Shown here piece by piece: positions 37,260-47,829 of a stretch of 64,000 nt of DNA. Under the pieces are notes generated by a model. That model was not told the origin of the DNA. It saw only the letters and a list, made by a program, of their open reading frames with translations, and searched no databases. Made by a program: the position numbers and the translations under genes. This DNA is from Patescibacteria group bacterium. Its GTDB lineage: Bacteria; Patescibacteriota; WWE3; UBA101185; UBA10185. Position 1 is the stretch's first letter. Each line of letters begins with the position of its first letter. Where the stretch lies: positions 41,574 through 105,573 of the forward strand of contig JAUMAA010000003.1 in the NCBI GenBank assembly GCA_032117075.1, written 5' to 3'.

Positions 37260-37535
37260 ATGTATAAAATGTCAAAAGATGGCTTATACGAAGAGATATC
37301 AAACCTACTTGTTAACAAATTTGGAGTCGATGAAGGAGATATAAAAGTTTCTTCAATTTTAGGTGACGATCTAAACCTCGGGCCTGCGGAGATTGAAGAA
37401 TTAATATTGGATGTGTGTGAAAAACATAGTGCAGACCACGACAGAGTGATAGACTCTTTGGATCACGACGAGTTAGAAGAAGTGACTGTTGCAGATCTTG
37501 TTGATACTTTTGCCGATATCTTAAAATTCGACTAA
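37260..37535 (+). CDS. Acyl-carrier-protein-like protein lacking the canonical Ser
   Basis: Acidic 91 aa, LGDDLNL..., EVTVADLVD, position upstream of rnc. Confidence 0.65.
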   Translation: MYKMSKDGLYEEISNLLVNKFGVDEGDIKVSSILGDDLNLGPAEIEELILDVCEKHSADHDRVIDSLDHDELEEVTVADLVDTFADILKFD

Positions 37536-37540
37536 ATAAA

Positions 37541-38227
37541 ATGGATATACTGAGTAAACTAAATGAACAATTAAAATTGGATTTAACAAATAATGAGTTG
37601 TTTATGACAGCTTTTACCCATAGGTCATATTTAAACGAACATCCAACCTACCAGTTACCTTCAAATGAAAGATTAGAATTTTTAGGAGATGCTGTTTTAC
37701 AATTTCTCTCCTCAAAACATTTATTTCAATCCTATTCCTCATTACCTGAGGGGGATCTTACCAATTTAAGAGCATCGATTGTTAAGACTCAGTCTTTATC
37801 AGAAGAGGCTAAAAAACTCAATTTTGGTCAATTTCTTTTAATGTCCAAGGGGGAGGAAGTGACTGGGGGAAGGGATAGAGAATACCTTTTAGCTAATACA
37901 TTTGAGTCATTTCTTGGAGCCCTTTATCTTGAAAAAGGTATTGAGGCTTGTGAGAAATTTCTTGAAAATAACTTATTTTATAAACTAGAAAATATTTTTA
38001 AAGAAGATGCCTATAAAGACTTTAAAACAAGATTTCAGGAAAAGGTTCAAGAGCTTAAAAAAGGAACACCAACATACAAAATCCTAGAAACTTCCGGACT
38101 AGAACATGAAAAAATCTTCAAAGTAGCAGTTCTTGTTGAAAATGAGGAGTTCACAAAGGGAGAGGGTACCTCAAAACAAAGAGCAGAGCAGGATGCTGCC
38201 AAAAAAGGATTAGACAAATTAAAGTAA
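37541..38227 (+). CDS. rnc: Ribonuclease III
   Basis: AFTHRSY, NERLEFLGDAVL, C-terminal dsRBD. Confidence 0.97.
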   Translation: MDILSKLNEQLKLDLTNNELFMTAFTHRSYLNEHPTYQLPSNERLEFLGDAVLQFLSSKHLFQSYSSLPEGDLTNLRASIVKTQSLSEEAKKLNFGQFLLMSKGEEVTGGRDREYLLANTFESFLGALYLEKGIEACEKFLENNLFYKLENIFKEDAYKDFKTRFQEKVQELKKGTPTYKILETSGLEHEKIFKVAVLVENEEFTKGEGTSKQRAEQDAAKKGLDKLK

Positions 38228-38248
38228 ATCCTGTATAATCACAGAATT

Positions 38249-38569
38249 ATGTCAGTATCTATAAGACTTGCAAAAATTGGAAAAAAGTTCGCACCTACTT
38301 ATAAAGTAGTCGCTTCTACTACAAGAAACAAAAGAACAGGTAAATACCTAGATATTCTAGGAACCTTCAATCCGAATATAAAACCATTTGATTTCAAACT
38401 TGATCAAGAAAAGTTTGATAAGTGGTCAAAAAATGGAGCTATTATCTCTCAAGCAGTTAAAGACATAATTGCCGGTAAGTATGAATTTAAAACATACAAT
38501 CCAAAAGCAGAGAAAAAAGCAGCTGAACTAGCAGCTAAAAAAGCAGCTAGCGAAGAATCTAATGCCTAA
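38249..38569 (+). CDS. rpsP: 30S ribosomal protein S16
   Basis: VSIRL.K.GKK..P.YKVV, LGTFNP. Confidence 0.93.
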   Translation: MSVSIRLAKIGKKFAPTYKVVASTTRNKRTGKYLDILGTFNPNIKPFDFKLDQEKFDKWSKNGAIISQAVKDIIAGKYEFKTYNPKAEKKAAELAAKKAASEESNA

Positions 38570-39206
38570 AATTAAGATTAATATCATTACATTATTTCCA
38601 AATCTATTTAACGAATTCAAAAGTGTACTCCCATTTAAAAGGGCACTTGAAAAAAATTTAATTGAATTAAATATTATCAATCTCAGAGATTTCGCAATTG
38701 ATGAAAGAGGAACAGTGGATGATAAGCCTTACGGAGGAGGGACAGGGATGATATTAAGAGTAGAACCAATTGTTAAGGCCTTAGAAACAATTGAAGAAAA
38801 AGAAGAAATAATCGTTTTAAATCCCAAAGGACAACTATTTAATCAAAACTTAGCTAAAGAATTTAAAGAAAAAACTTCACTAACTTTTATTTGCGGAAGG
38901 TATGAAGGAATTGATCAAAGAATAATAGACAACTATGCTACAAAGGAAGTCTCAATAGGAGAATATGTTTGCAGTGGTGGTGAAGCTCCAACTATTGTCA
39001 TGTTAGAGGCAATAATAAGATTATTACCTGAAGTTTTAGAAGAAGAAGTTACAAATGATGAATCATTTGAAGATAGTACATTTGAGTACCCTCAATACAC
39101 TAGACCTGAAAATTTTAATGGATTAAAAGTTCCAGATGTTTTAATTTCAGGCAACCACAAAGAAATTGAAAAGTGGAAAAAAGATAATTCGAGAAAATTA
39201 AATTAA
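38562..39206 (+). CDS. trmD: tRNA (guanine-N1)-methyltransferase
   Basis: VDDKPYGGG.GM, CGRYEGIDQR, SIGEYVCSGGE, YPQYTRP. Confidence 0.97.
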   Translation: MPKIKINIITLFPNLFNEFKSVLPFKRALEKNLIELNIINLRDFAIDERGTVDDKPYGGGTGMILRVEPIVKALETIEEKEEIIVLNPKGQLFNQNLAKEFKEKTSLTFICGRYEGIDQRIIDNYATKEVSIGEYVCSGGEAPTIVMLEAIIRLLPEVLEEEVTNDESFEDSTFEYPQYTRPENFNGLKVPDVLISGNHKEIEKWKKDNSRKLN

Positions 39207-39859
39207 TTTTGAGAAACAGTTTCTTCTAAATATCTATTGATAAAATCAGTAAATTTCATATCATTTAAAATATCATTTATAGGTGCATCTATTGAGGACT
39301 GAACTTTGGTCTTATTAAATACTGTTCTAGCAACAAACGAAACTCTGTAATATTTATTATCTCGATCATCAAATAACTCCAAATCTCTAATATTTATAAT
39401 CTTTCCTTTATTACTATTTAGAGATGTGAGGTAATTTAATGCAGATAGGGGACCAACTGTTCTACCATTAAACCTTACTTCAATAACTCCTTGGTTGCTT
39501 AAATTCTGATCCGCTATATTTTTGTTTTCATCTATCTTATTGAAATTAAATTTCTCGGCTTCTGCTCCTAAATTTGCAACTAATGGAGCAGGGGACTCAT
39601 CGTTAGGAACTAGCTCTACCATCTTTTCTTCGTATCTATTTAAATCATCAGCTTTATCTCTAGCATTTTGCAGGATATTTAATTTAGTTTGATAATTTGT
39701 AATTTGTAAATTTTTACCATCCCTGGTTGAATCTAATTCAGATTTAATATTTAAGTAAGGCATTATAAGTAACAAATTTATTATTGCAATTAAAGTAATA
39801 AAAATTACTGGAAAAATGAAGTATTTTAAATAAATAGTGAAGTCTTTTTTATCTGACAT
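39203..39859 (-). CDS. PilO-like pilus assembly protein
   Basis: TM, coiled coil and ELVP-containing domain; third gene of the pilMNO block. Confidence 0.65.
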   Translation of the reverse strand: MSDKKDFTIYLKYFIFPVIFITLIAIINLLLIMPYLNIKSELDSTRDGKNLQITNYQTKLNILQNARDKADDLNRYEEKMVELVPNDESPAPLVANLGAEAEKFNFNKIDENKNIADQNLSNQGVIEVRFNGRTVGPLSALNYLTSLNSNKGKIINIRDLELFDDRDNKYYRVSFVARTVFNKTKVQSSIDAPINDILNDMKFTDFINRYLEETVSQN

Positions 39860-40418
39860 TTAAGAGTCCTTTATTATATTTTACAGTAACAACATATTCT
39901 TTGGAAACCTCATTAACATCCTCAGGCACACCAGAGTTGCTAAATAAGTTTTCAATATTTGAGTCATTTACTTTAGAAGCTTTTAAGTTATCAACAAATC
40001 TTTTAAATGCAGTTGAGTCAGCGGTAACTCTTACCGAAACAAGGTCTTTATCGGTATCTACCGTAATAGTTTTAATAACCACACCTCCAGAAATATTTCG
40101 TTCATAAATATCTCTCATAACTTTTTCGTATAAAACCTTATCTCCTTCAAATTTTTGAGCAGCATCAAATCTAGCTTTAATATCTCTTAACTGAATTTCT
40201 TCCTTAGAATATTCCGCAATGTCTTTTCTCAAGGAAGTTAGTTTTGAATCTAGACTATCTTTTTCATTTTTCAATGGCTGTAAAAGAGTATTAAAATAGT
40301 AGCCCAAACTCCCGACCGCAAGCATTGTTAATATCAAAAAAATATTCGCAATCTTGGTATAAAGCTGAATTTTTTGCTCTAATTTCTCTTCTGATGTTAG
40401 TAAATTTATTTCACTCAT
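39849..40418 (-). CDS. PilN-like pilus assembly protein
   Basis: N-terminal INLL motif, TM, coiled coil. Confidence 0.75.
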   Translation of the reverse strand: MSEINLLTSEEKLEQKIQLYTKIANIFLILTMLAVGSLGYYFNTLLQPLKNEKDSLDSKLTSLRKDIAEYSKEEIQLRDIKARFDAAQKFEGDKVLYEKVMRDIYERNISGGVVIKTITVDTDKDLVSVRVTADSTAFKRFVDNLKASKVNDSNIENLFSNSGVPEDVNEVSKEYVVTVKYNKGLLNVR

Positions 40419-41440
40419 AAAATCTCAATTCCTGATAGACCTATTGGTGCAGATAGAGAGGAGGATAATTCTTTTAAACTTCCTTCATACTTACTTAAAT
40501 CAGAATTGACTTTAACTTTATTAAAAGGATTAAATACCTCTACAGGTATATTTAAATTTTTCTGCAAGTAATCCTCAAGACCAGGTAATTTAGCCATTCC
40601 CCCTGTTAGATAAATTTTAGAAATATTCATGTTTTTATTCTTATCCATAAAATAAATTACTGACCTCTTAATATCAAGTATATATGAATCTATTAAAGGT
40701 TTTAAGAAATTAAAAATCTTTCCCTCCGCGACTTGAGGATTTAGACCGTAAGCCTTTTTATAATTCTCAGCTTGGATATTTGTTAGATTTAAATTCTGAA
40801 TTAAAGCTTTATTTAAGGAATTAGATCCTATTGAGATAGTTTTAATAAATCTTGGAACTCTTTTATAAGAAACATGTAAAGTAGAGAACTGGTACCCAAA
40901 ATCAAGAATCATAACAGCATCTTTACCATCTTTAATATCTATAATTCTAGATAAGGAAATTGTTTTTGCTTCAAATACTTTAGGGGTTAGGCCTGCTTTT
41001 TTAATTAAATCAACATATCTTTCGATTCTTTCTTTTTTAGCTGCCACAATTAAAATTTCAACATTAGTAGAATCTTTTTGATCAATAATTTTGTAATCAT
41101 AAGTTAAATTAGCAATATTCTCGGGAAAAATCTCAGCTGCTTGGAGATTAATATAGTTTCGGATTTCTTTATCACTCATCTTAGGAATGACTTTTACATT
41201 CAAATAAACATCTGTCTCGGGTAACGATAAAGAAACTTCATTAGTAGGAAAATCAAGTTCTTTAAAAAATTCCTTTAACTTGAAAGAATATAAATTTATA
41301 GCTTCTTCGTTATTGAAATCCAATTTTAATTTTTCTGATTCATATATTGCAAAATTTAAAATAGTAGGGGACTTTGAAACCAAACCAACCTCAACACATT
41401 TGATGCTATGATTTCCTAAATCTATTCCAATATGAGTCAT
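40415..41440 (-). CDS. pilM: Type IV pilus assembly protein PilM
   Basis: IGIDLG..SIK.VE, LDFG, IYLTGG.AKLPGL, FNPF. Confidence 0.92.
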   Translation of the reverse strand: MTHIGIDLGNHSIKCVEVGLVSKSPTILNFAIYESEKLKLDFNNEEAINLYSFKLKEFFKELDFPTNEVSLSLPETDVYLNVKVIPKMSDKEIRNYINLQAAEIFPENIANLTYDYKIIDQKDSTNVEILIVAAKKERIERYVDLIKKAGLTPKVFEAKTISLSRIIDIKDGKDAVMILDFGYQFSTLHVSYKRVPRFIKTISIGSNSLNKALIQNLNLTNIQAENYKKAYGLNPQVAEGKIFNFLKPLIDSYILDIKRSVIYFMDKNKNMNISKIYLTGGMAKLPGLEDYLQKNLNIPVEVFNPFNKVKVNSDLSKYEGSLKELSSSLSAPIGLSGIEIL

Positions 41441-41464
41441 ATAATTTATTATACTTAATTTTAG

Positions 41465-41947
41465 TTATTGTTGATATGTTTTATTCAAAGTAATTCTTTT
41501 TTCAAATTTAACTTCTGTTTTTAATCTTGAATTATTAAAATCTTTAGAAATACCAAAGGAAATATAAACAACTTGTGGGTTAGTTCCAGTTACTGTAAGA
41601 ACAAAAGGTGCTGATTTACCTATCTCTGAATCAGTTAATTGAATATTATCTAGTACCAACATGCTACTTGATTCTATAAAGGAAAGAGTAAAAGTTTTAG
41701 TTGGGTAAACAATCGATAACTTTTTACTTACAGAATTGTATGAAACAGAGTCAGAATCTTGAATTAATTTAGTAAGTTTAACATTTAGAAATGAGTACTC
41801 CTCTTCAAGAGAAATTTTATTTTGAATTTTAGTTGAGGTGGATGTTAGGCTAATAATCATATCTGAAGAAATTACGGATACGACTGTAATTAGTAAAACT
41901 ACTACCAAGAGTTCGACTAGAGTAAAACCCTTATTATTTAATCTCAC
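41465..41947 (-). CDS. Minor pilin
   Basis: NKG|FTLVELL prepilin motif. Confidence 0.9.
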   Translation of the reverse strand: MRLNNKGFTLVELLVVVLLITVVSVISSDMIISLTSTSTKIQNKISLEEEYSFLNVKLTKLIQDSDSVSYNSVSKKLSIVYPTKTFTLSFIESSSMLVLDNIQLTDSEIGKSAPFVLTVTGTNPQVVYISFGISKDFNNSRLKTEVKFEKRITLNKTYQQ

Positions 41948-42402
41948 TGTCTAGTCCTCCAATTTGTAAAAATAGTATCAGTAGAAGATGAGAAGAGAAT
42001 TTTATTGGTTTCATAATAACTAACTACTTGAATATTTATTTCCACTATAGGTAAAGATGAGAGTGGTTCTGTGGTTACCTTAAAGCAAGTAAGTCCTTTT
42101 TGAACTGGAGAAGGGCAACTTGTAAAATTATTAGTCGATGGATTAGGAAAATAACAATAAGTATTAGTACATCTACTATTTAATTCTGTCGAAAAAGAAT
42201 CAAACCCAGTATCTTTGATAACTCTTAATTTTTCTAAAACATTTGATGAGTTTTTAGTTGCTTCTTGTCTCTCTGTAACATTAAGTGAATTTTGAATATT
42301 GAAAGTGGTGAGAGAAAGGAGTGCAACCACTAATACAACTGCAAATGCTATAGCTAAGACAGCTTCAACTAATCCTATTCCTTTATTATTTACTTTGAGC
42401 AT
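41944..42402 (-). CDS. Minor pilin (PilV-like)
   Basis: NKG|IGLVEAV. Confidence 0.85.
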   Translation of the reverse strand: MLKVNNKGIGLVEAVLAIAFAVVLVVALLSLTTFNIQNSLNVTERQEATKNSSNVLEKLRVIKDTGFDSFSTELNSRCTNTYCYFPNPSTNNFTSCPSPVQKGLTCFKVTTEPLSSLPIVEINIQVVSYYETNKILFSSSTDTIFTNWRTRQ

Positions 42403-42820
42403 AGATTCTTCCAAATTTATTAATAATTACATTAAATGATGGGAAATTGATTGTTACAGAAATCAAATTATTATTTTGATCAACTAAGTTACCATATCTA
42501 TCTATAAAAAAATTTGAGGTACTTGATCCTGAAATAAAGTCATAGTTTGTTTCTTTACATTCATTTAACTCAACAGAGCAAGTAGTTACTTTCAAACCGG
42601 CAAAGTTCATAGAATATTTGTTATCCGTTGTTAAGGCAAGGTTTTGAGTTGTTCTAAATGTAGAAATAAAATTTTTAACTTCTTCGTTTTCAGCTTGTTT
42701 TCTCTGATAATTTAAAATAGAAGGAATCGAAAGACCTGCAATTACAATTATCAATACAATCACAACAAGAAGTTCGATAAATGTAAAACCAGAATTTGAA
42801 TTAAGCTTCTTTATCTGCAT
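42386..42820 (-). CDS. Minor pilin (FimT/GspH-like)
   Basis: NSG|FTFIELL; C-terminal INKFGRI. Confidence 0.88.
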   Translation of the reverse strand: MQIKKLNSNSGFTFIELLVVIVLIIVIAGLSIPSILNYQRKQAENEEVKNFISTFRTTQNLALTTDNKYSMNFAGLKVTTCSVELNECKETNYDFISGSSTSNFFIDRYGNLVDQNNNLISVTINFPSFNVIINKFGRIYAQSK

Positions 42821-43335
42821 TAAGGACCTGTAACAGGAGCCAGACCTCCACTAACCTTAAATACATTACTTTTAACTAAATCGCAACTAGAAAACAGCCC
42901 TGAGGTAGGATCCATACTTTCTTTAGGTATCTCTAGGATAAATTCTTGACCTCTGGGGATTCCAAAATTACTACTTTCTTTAATTGAATAAACCTCATAA
43001 TAACTTTGAGTTATATTAGTTACATAAATGTAATCGCAGGAAGTATTTTCAGATGGATCGTATAAGGAAACTTTAACATTAAAAGAACTTAGCTCCGAGA
43101 TAGCTGAAGGGTATCTTTTGTATTCAGAGTAGTAGAGTTCTAAAGCAGAAGCAATCTGTGAAAGAGAAGATACTCTTAGAGCGTCCCTTTGTTCCCTTTG
43201 TTTTTCGGCTGGATTAAAGATGACAATAGAAGTAGCTGCAAGTATCACCATTATTCCAACTACAATCATTAACTCTAGCAAAGTAAAACCTTTATTACTT
43301 ACATTAAATTTTTTGGTATATGAGCAGTTTTTCAT
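42820..43335 (-). CDS. Pilin (GspG-like)
   Basis: NKG|FTLLELM, RDALR...ALELYY...YP. Confidence 0.9.
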   Translation of the reverse strand: MKNCSYTKKFNVSNKGFTLLELMIVVGIMVILAATSIVIFNPAEKQREQRDALRVSSLSQIASALELYYSEYKRYPSAISELSSFNVKVSLYDPSENTSCDYIYVTNITQSYYEVYSIKESSNFGIPRGQEFILEIPKESMDPTSGLFSSCDLVKSNVFKVSGGLAPVTGP

Positions 43336-43348
43336 TTTTTTCCTTTAA

Positions 43349-44218
43349 TTAATTATCTAAAAATAGAGCATAATCATAAATAGATGATGGTGTATCCAGA
43401 TATTTAAATGCCTCAACTCTTCTGGAGGTTTTATCAACTCCGTCAGTAAATACTCCTTTTGCAGTAATTTTGTACCCTTGAATTACATTTCTTACATTTG
43501 TACTGGTTGAAAAAACTTTAAGAGTACTTACTTCGTTGGAAAGAGGTTGAAATCTTATCATGTAAGAATTTGTAACTCTAAAGTAACCAGAGGCACAATT
43601 TCCTGTAATAGGAGAGATATTTTTATAAGAACTACCATCAAATAAATAGTTTTCAAGTAAATATTCGTTAGTTTTAACTCTGTTTACATTTGTAGTAGTT
43701 AGTGAATCTTCTACAGGTTCAAAAATTTGAATACTTGGGTTTGATGTAACAATACCAAGTCTATATGATGTATTTGGAGGGGACACTTCCAATTTAATAC
43801 ATGCAGTTTGAGGTAAAAGTACTCCGGCTCCTGAAAACTCGGTGGTTAAAAAAGTGACCGTCTCAGAAGGTTTAATTTTTTCGTAAACCATACCGGTACT
43901 TGAATTTGCATTTAATTTATCAACAGTAATGATTGCGGAAGTTCCGTTGTTTACAAAATCAATAGCTTCACTAAATTCCGTATTATCTACTAATAGATCT
44001 AAATCGGAGTCACTCTTTAATAAAAATTTTTCAAGGCCGCCTTCGGCGGCCGCTGTTACTTTTTGTAATGAATCCAAATTTCCAGTTCTTTTAAGGGATT
44101 CTGTACTTCTTGAGGTAATTCCTAAACCTACACCCAGTGTTACTGCCATTGCTACTACAACAATTAAGAGAACCTGACCTTTATTATCTAAATTGTTTGA
44201 CATATCTTTATTAATCAT
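43349..44218 (-). CDS. PilX-like minor pilin
   Basis: NKG|QVLLIVV lacking Glu5, AAAEGGLE. Confidence 0.8.
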   Translation of the reverse strand: MINKDMSNNLDNKGQVLLIVVVAMAVTLGVGLGITSRSTESLKRTGNLDSLQKVTAAAEGGLEKFLLKSDSDLDLLVDNTEFSEAIDFVNNGTSAIITVDKLNANSSTGMVYEKIKPSETVTFLTTEFSGAGVLLPQTACIKLEVSPPNTSYRLGIVTSNPSIQIFEPVEDSLTTTNVNRVKTNEYLLENYLFDGSSYKNISPITGNCASGYFRVTNSYMIRFQPLSNEVSTLKVFSTSTNVRNVIQGYKITAKGVFTDGVDKTSRRVEAFKYLDTPSSIYDYALFLDN

Positions 44219-44229
44219 ACTAGTAACTT

Positions 44230-47200
44230 TTAATCATTAAAATACTTAAATATTGTTTTGCTTCTTGTAACATTAAACATCTTATAAGACCTCAGGTCTT
44301 GTTGTAAATAAATTAATACATCTGGGTTTTGAGAAATATTTATAAAGGATCTATCTTCATTTTGAGTACTTAAATTTCCAATTAATTTAAAGTCTCCATA
44401 GATACCACCTTTTAAGTGATAAACTGCTCTATTGCCACAAATAAGAGAATAGTTCTCTAAATCAGAACAATCCACATGGAAAACAATTCTCTCTTTGATA
44501 TTTGATTTATCAGTTGAAACAAAGTAAACATTTTCTAAGTTGTTATAAATATTTAAATCTGTAAGATCAAAGTATAGTTGTTTATTTTTTGCAACATAAA
44601 TTATTGTTGGAGTTGCAGATACTGGAACACTGTTAAAAGCATCAATTTTATTGAAATTATTTACAGAGCCCGATGGTTTCGTGTCTGTTAGTAGTAAAGA
44701 AGTAACTTGTGTTTCAGGTAAGGCATAGTCAACTAAATTTTCAGTATAACTAAAATTAAATGCCTTAGTCAGCTTATCAAAATAAGGAATATTAAAATAA
44801 GAAGGACCCATCAAAGTATTACTTAATCTAAAATTTTTACCGCCCTGAGCAGAACCTGAAACATAAACACCTTCATACCTTTTATCCACATCAGAAGTAG
44901 TATAAAACTTTACATCACTTGATCTTTTTATCATTGTATTTCCGTTAACTCTAAAATTTAAGTAAGAGGTAGGAGGCTGAACATTTCCGGAGGTTAAATA
45001 AATATCTAAAGATTGAGGAACTAAATTATAACTATTAACTACATTTGATTTATAAAACAAATCCAAACATCCATTATTGATTGTTCCGGTAAAGTAGTTA
45101 TTAGAAATAGAGCTGGTTGATGTAGTTGTTGAATTTGTAAATCCAATTCTACTTACTTTAGTATCAGCAGTATTGGTAAAACAAATTTTATATTTCACAT
45201 TATCAATCAAAGTATTACCTGATTTACTTAGGTCATGATCCCAGAAAAAATTAGAAAAGGTATCTTTATGCAGTGTGAATGAAGATTCACCGTCGGGTGC
45301 GGTAAGATTTCTTTGTTGAGGAGTAACATTTTTGAAAGTTTTGGTTACAACCATTTTGGCATCGGCAAAAGGATCCTGATCTTGATTATCTAAATAAGTA
45401 AATATATTTATGAAACTTTGAAGTGTGTAATACCTATTAGGATCTATACCTAAAGATGGGTAATTATAGACAGTTCCGTTGTAATTAAAACTTATTTTAT
45501 AAAAATATTTCTCAAAATTAGGTGACTTAACATTTAAAAAATTAAAAGATTTTCTATCAGACAATAAATTTGCAGCTAAAGTTGTCGGAAGTGGGGCAGA
45601 GGTAATGCCGTCATAAAGAGTAAGATACATTTTAGTTCCAGCGGGAACATTTACTATACCTGAGGGGCAGCTTAAATTAATAGCCGAATTAAATGTGTAA
45701 TTTAGGTTATAAGTAGAAGTTGTTGTATCAATAGCAGAGGGTACTATTCCTTTATTTATAGAATTTGGATCTGTATTTATAAGAGTTAAACCACCCGCAA
45801 CTAGATTGTAATTAGGCACACACTCTGGGGTAGTTGGAGGGACTTTTGAAGTTAGAACATAGTTTCTAGAAACAAAAATTGCATAATCATTATCTGTATT
45901 TGCATCATCGTTATTGTAATATCTAAATGTTAATGGAGCATTATTTCCGGGCCCAAGAGAAGGGAATTTGTAACCTCCGTTTGTTTCATTTAATTCAAAG
46001 AGTCTGTGTGTTCCAGTGGGTGAATTAAATTTTTCAGCCCTAAACATTCTAGACTTTGCACTTAAGTTATTCTTAGAATCTACAAAATTAGGAGCAATTA
46101 AAATATCGACATCATTTCCAGAATTTACACTAAAGCTAACATTCTTCAAGTAACTCAGAGAAACATTTCGTAGTGCAATAAATTTTGTTTGAGTTGGCTG
46201 ATTCCCCATGTACCCACTAAATTCAAACCTCTTAAATACTAAATTGCTGTTGGCATACTGAAGGGTGAAGTAGTATTTATCTGAGACATAATCAGCCAAG
46301 ACACCTGATCCTACACCTAATTTTGGTACAACCTCGAAGGTTAGAAGGGAGGGTACCGGTTCAAATTTATAGTTTTCTATTCTATACTTGTAGTACCAGT
46401 CACTAGAACCTGGGAAATAGATTCTTACTAGATCAACTCTATTTTTAAGGTTATAGGCTGCTAACGGAGAATCGTAACCCCCAAATACCCAATTTAAGGA
46501 ACTCTGATTCTGAAGTGTAGGATTGAACCCGTAATAGACTCTATTATAAAAGTCTTTGTAGTCCCCTTTGTTATCTTTAAATATCCCATAATTTGGAAAT
46601 TTTATAGCTGATGCGTTACTCCACTCATGTCTATTATCTCCACTTGAGCTAACCCTTAAAACCATATTAATACCGTATTCAAGTTCTGAAAAAGGAGCGG
46701 CACAGTTATTTTTCGACTTCCCAATACAATATGACTTAGCATCCCTAGTGGCACTTCCTCCAGAACTTGGACCCTGGTTTACAAATATATTAGGGTTTAA
46801 AGATAATCTAGGTCCAGAAAAAGAAGAAGGAGCTACATTGAAGGACATCCTGGTAATGTTTGGATAGTTGTAGTACTGACTGTAACCTTCTTTATTCAAA
46901 GTAACACATTGATACCTCCTATCCCAGCATGATTCAGTAGCTGAAAGACGACAATTACTTTCTAGAGGTACACCAAGAGTTTGAGCCCTTCTTAAGCATT
47001 CAACATTTCCCCTATATGTAGTTCCCCAACCACCTTGCGGATCCTTTCTTTCATAACATCTATTCTCCAACAGATCTTCAAGACCTCCGCCTCCAAAAAT
47101 AACGGTATTATTTTTTTTGGCTATAGAAGAAGGAAACCAGCTAGACTTACATCCAGCTGTATAGCCAACATTTCCAAATGTTTTAAAAGACCTAGTGATA

Positions 47201-47781
47201 TTAACGACACTTTGAGGGTTTGTATTTAAAAGAATTTCATAAAAACCACCATAATAAACAAGTAATGGGACCCCACTAATATTTTCTAAGACAGGATTAC
47301 CATAATATTCAATTCCTGAACTATTTATTTGGACATTAGGCACTGCTACAGTTGATGTAACTGTAGTGGAAACCGCATAACTAGTAGTATAGGTATTATT
47401 AAAAGAGGTGTTAGATGAAAAATCAGAAACAGAAGACACTCCGAAAGTTGGTAATCTATTTACAGTTACAATATTTGTAATCTGTTGATCAACAGTTTTA
47501 ATAGAGTAGGTGGTTTTAGTACAAAAGAAATCCATAAATGGCTGACTATCGTCACACTCAGGTCTAATAACATCTTTCATAAGATAGTTAGTGACTTTAT
47601 AAACATCTTCTGTTTCAGTAGTAGCGGCTAATACTTGAGACCAATCATCTTCCTGGTTAGTGTTTTGATTTGAAATTAAATTAGGGTAGAAGTAGTATCC
47701 AGTAAAAATTAAAACGGATAACATAAATAATTTTATGATCGTCCAATTTGAAATTTTACTAGGAAGTGTAATTCTACCCAT
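44230..47781 (-). CDS. Large surface protein (1183 aa), candidate pilus-associated adhesin
   Basis: N-terminal TM, S/T/N/Y-rich beta-type sequence, Cys-rich segment, located inside the pilus locus. Confidence 0.65.
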   Translation of the reverse strand: MGRITLPSKISNWTIIKLFMLSVLIFTGYYFYPNLISNQNTNQEDDWSQVLAATTETEDVYKVTNYLMKDVIRPECDDSQPFMDFFCTKTTYSIKTVDQQITNIVTVNRLPTFGVSSVSDFSSNTSFNNTYTTSYAVSTTVTSTVAVPNVQINSSGIEYYGNPVLENISGVPLLVYYGGFYEILLNTNPQSVVNITRSFKTFGNVGYTAGCKSSWFPSSIAKKNNTVIFGGGGLEDLLENRCYERKDPQGGWGTTYRGNVECLRRAQTLGVPLESNCRLSATESCWDRRYQCVTLNKEGYSQYYNYPNITRMSFNVAPSSFSGPRLSLNPNIFVNQGPSSGGSATRDAKSYCIGKSKNNCAAPFSELEYGINMVLRVSSSGDNRHEWSNASAIKFPNYGIFKDNKGDYKDFYNRVYYGFNPTLQNQSSLNWVFGGYDSPLAAYNLKNRVDLVRIYFPGSSDWYYKYRIENYKFEPVPSLLTFEVVPKLGVGSGVLADYVSDKYYFTLQYANSNLVFKRFEFSGYMGNQPTQTKFIALRNVSLSYLKNVSFSVNSGNDVDILIAPNFVDSKNNLSAKSRMFRAEKFNSPTGTHRLFELNETNGGYKFPSLGPGNNAPLTFRYYNNDDANTDNDYAIFVSRNYVLTSKVPPTTPECVPNYNLVAGGLTLINTDPNSINKGIVPSAIDTTTSTYNLNYTFNSAINLSCPSGIVNVPAGTKMYLTLYDGITSAPLPTTLAANLLSDRKSFNFLNVKSPNFEKYFYKISFNYNGTVYNYPSLGIDPNRYYTLQSFINIFTYLDNQDQDPFADAKMVVTKTFKNVTPQQRNLTAPDGESSFTLHKDTFSNFFWDHDLSKSGNTLIDNVKYKICFTNTADTKVSRIGFTNSTTTSTSSISNNYFTGTINNGCLDLFYKSNVVNSYNLVPQSLDIYLTSGNVQPPTSYLNFRVNGNTMIKRSSDVKFYTTSDVDKRYEGVYVSGSAQGGKNFRLSNTLMGPSYFNIPYFDKLTKAFNFSYTENLVDYALPETQVTSLLLTDTKPSGSVNNFNKIDAFNSVPVSATPTIIYVAKNKQLYFDLTDLNIYNNLENVYFVSTDKSNIKERIVFHVDCSDLENYSLICGNRAVYHLKGGIYGDFKLIGNLSTQNEDRSFINISQNPDVLIYLQQDLRSYKMFNVTRSKTIFKYFND

Positions 47782-47829
47782 ACTATTATTAAAACATATT
47801 TTATGAAAATAATTTTATAAAAACTAATT

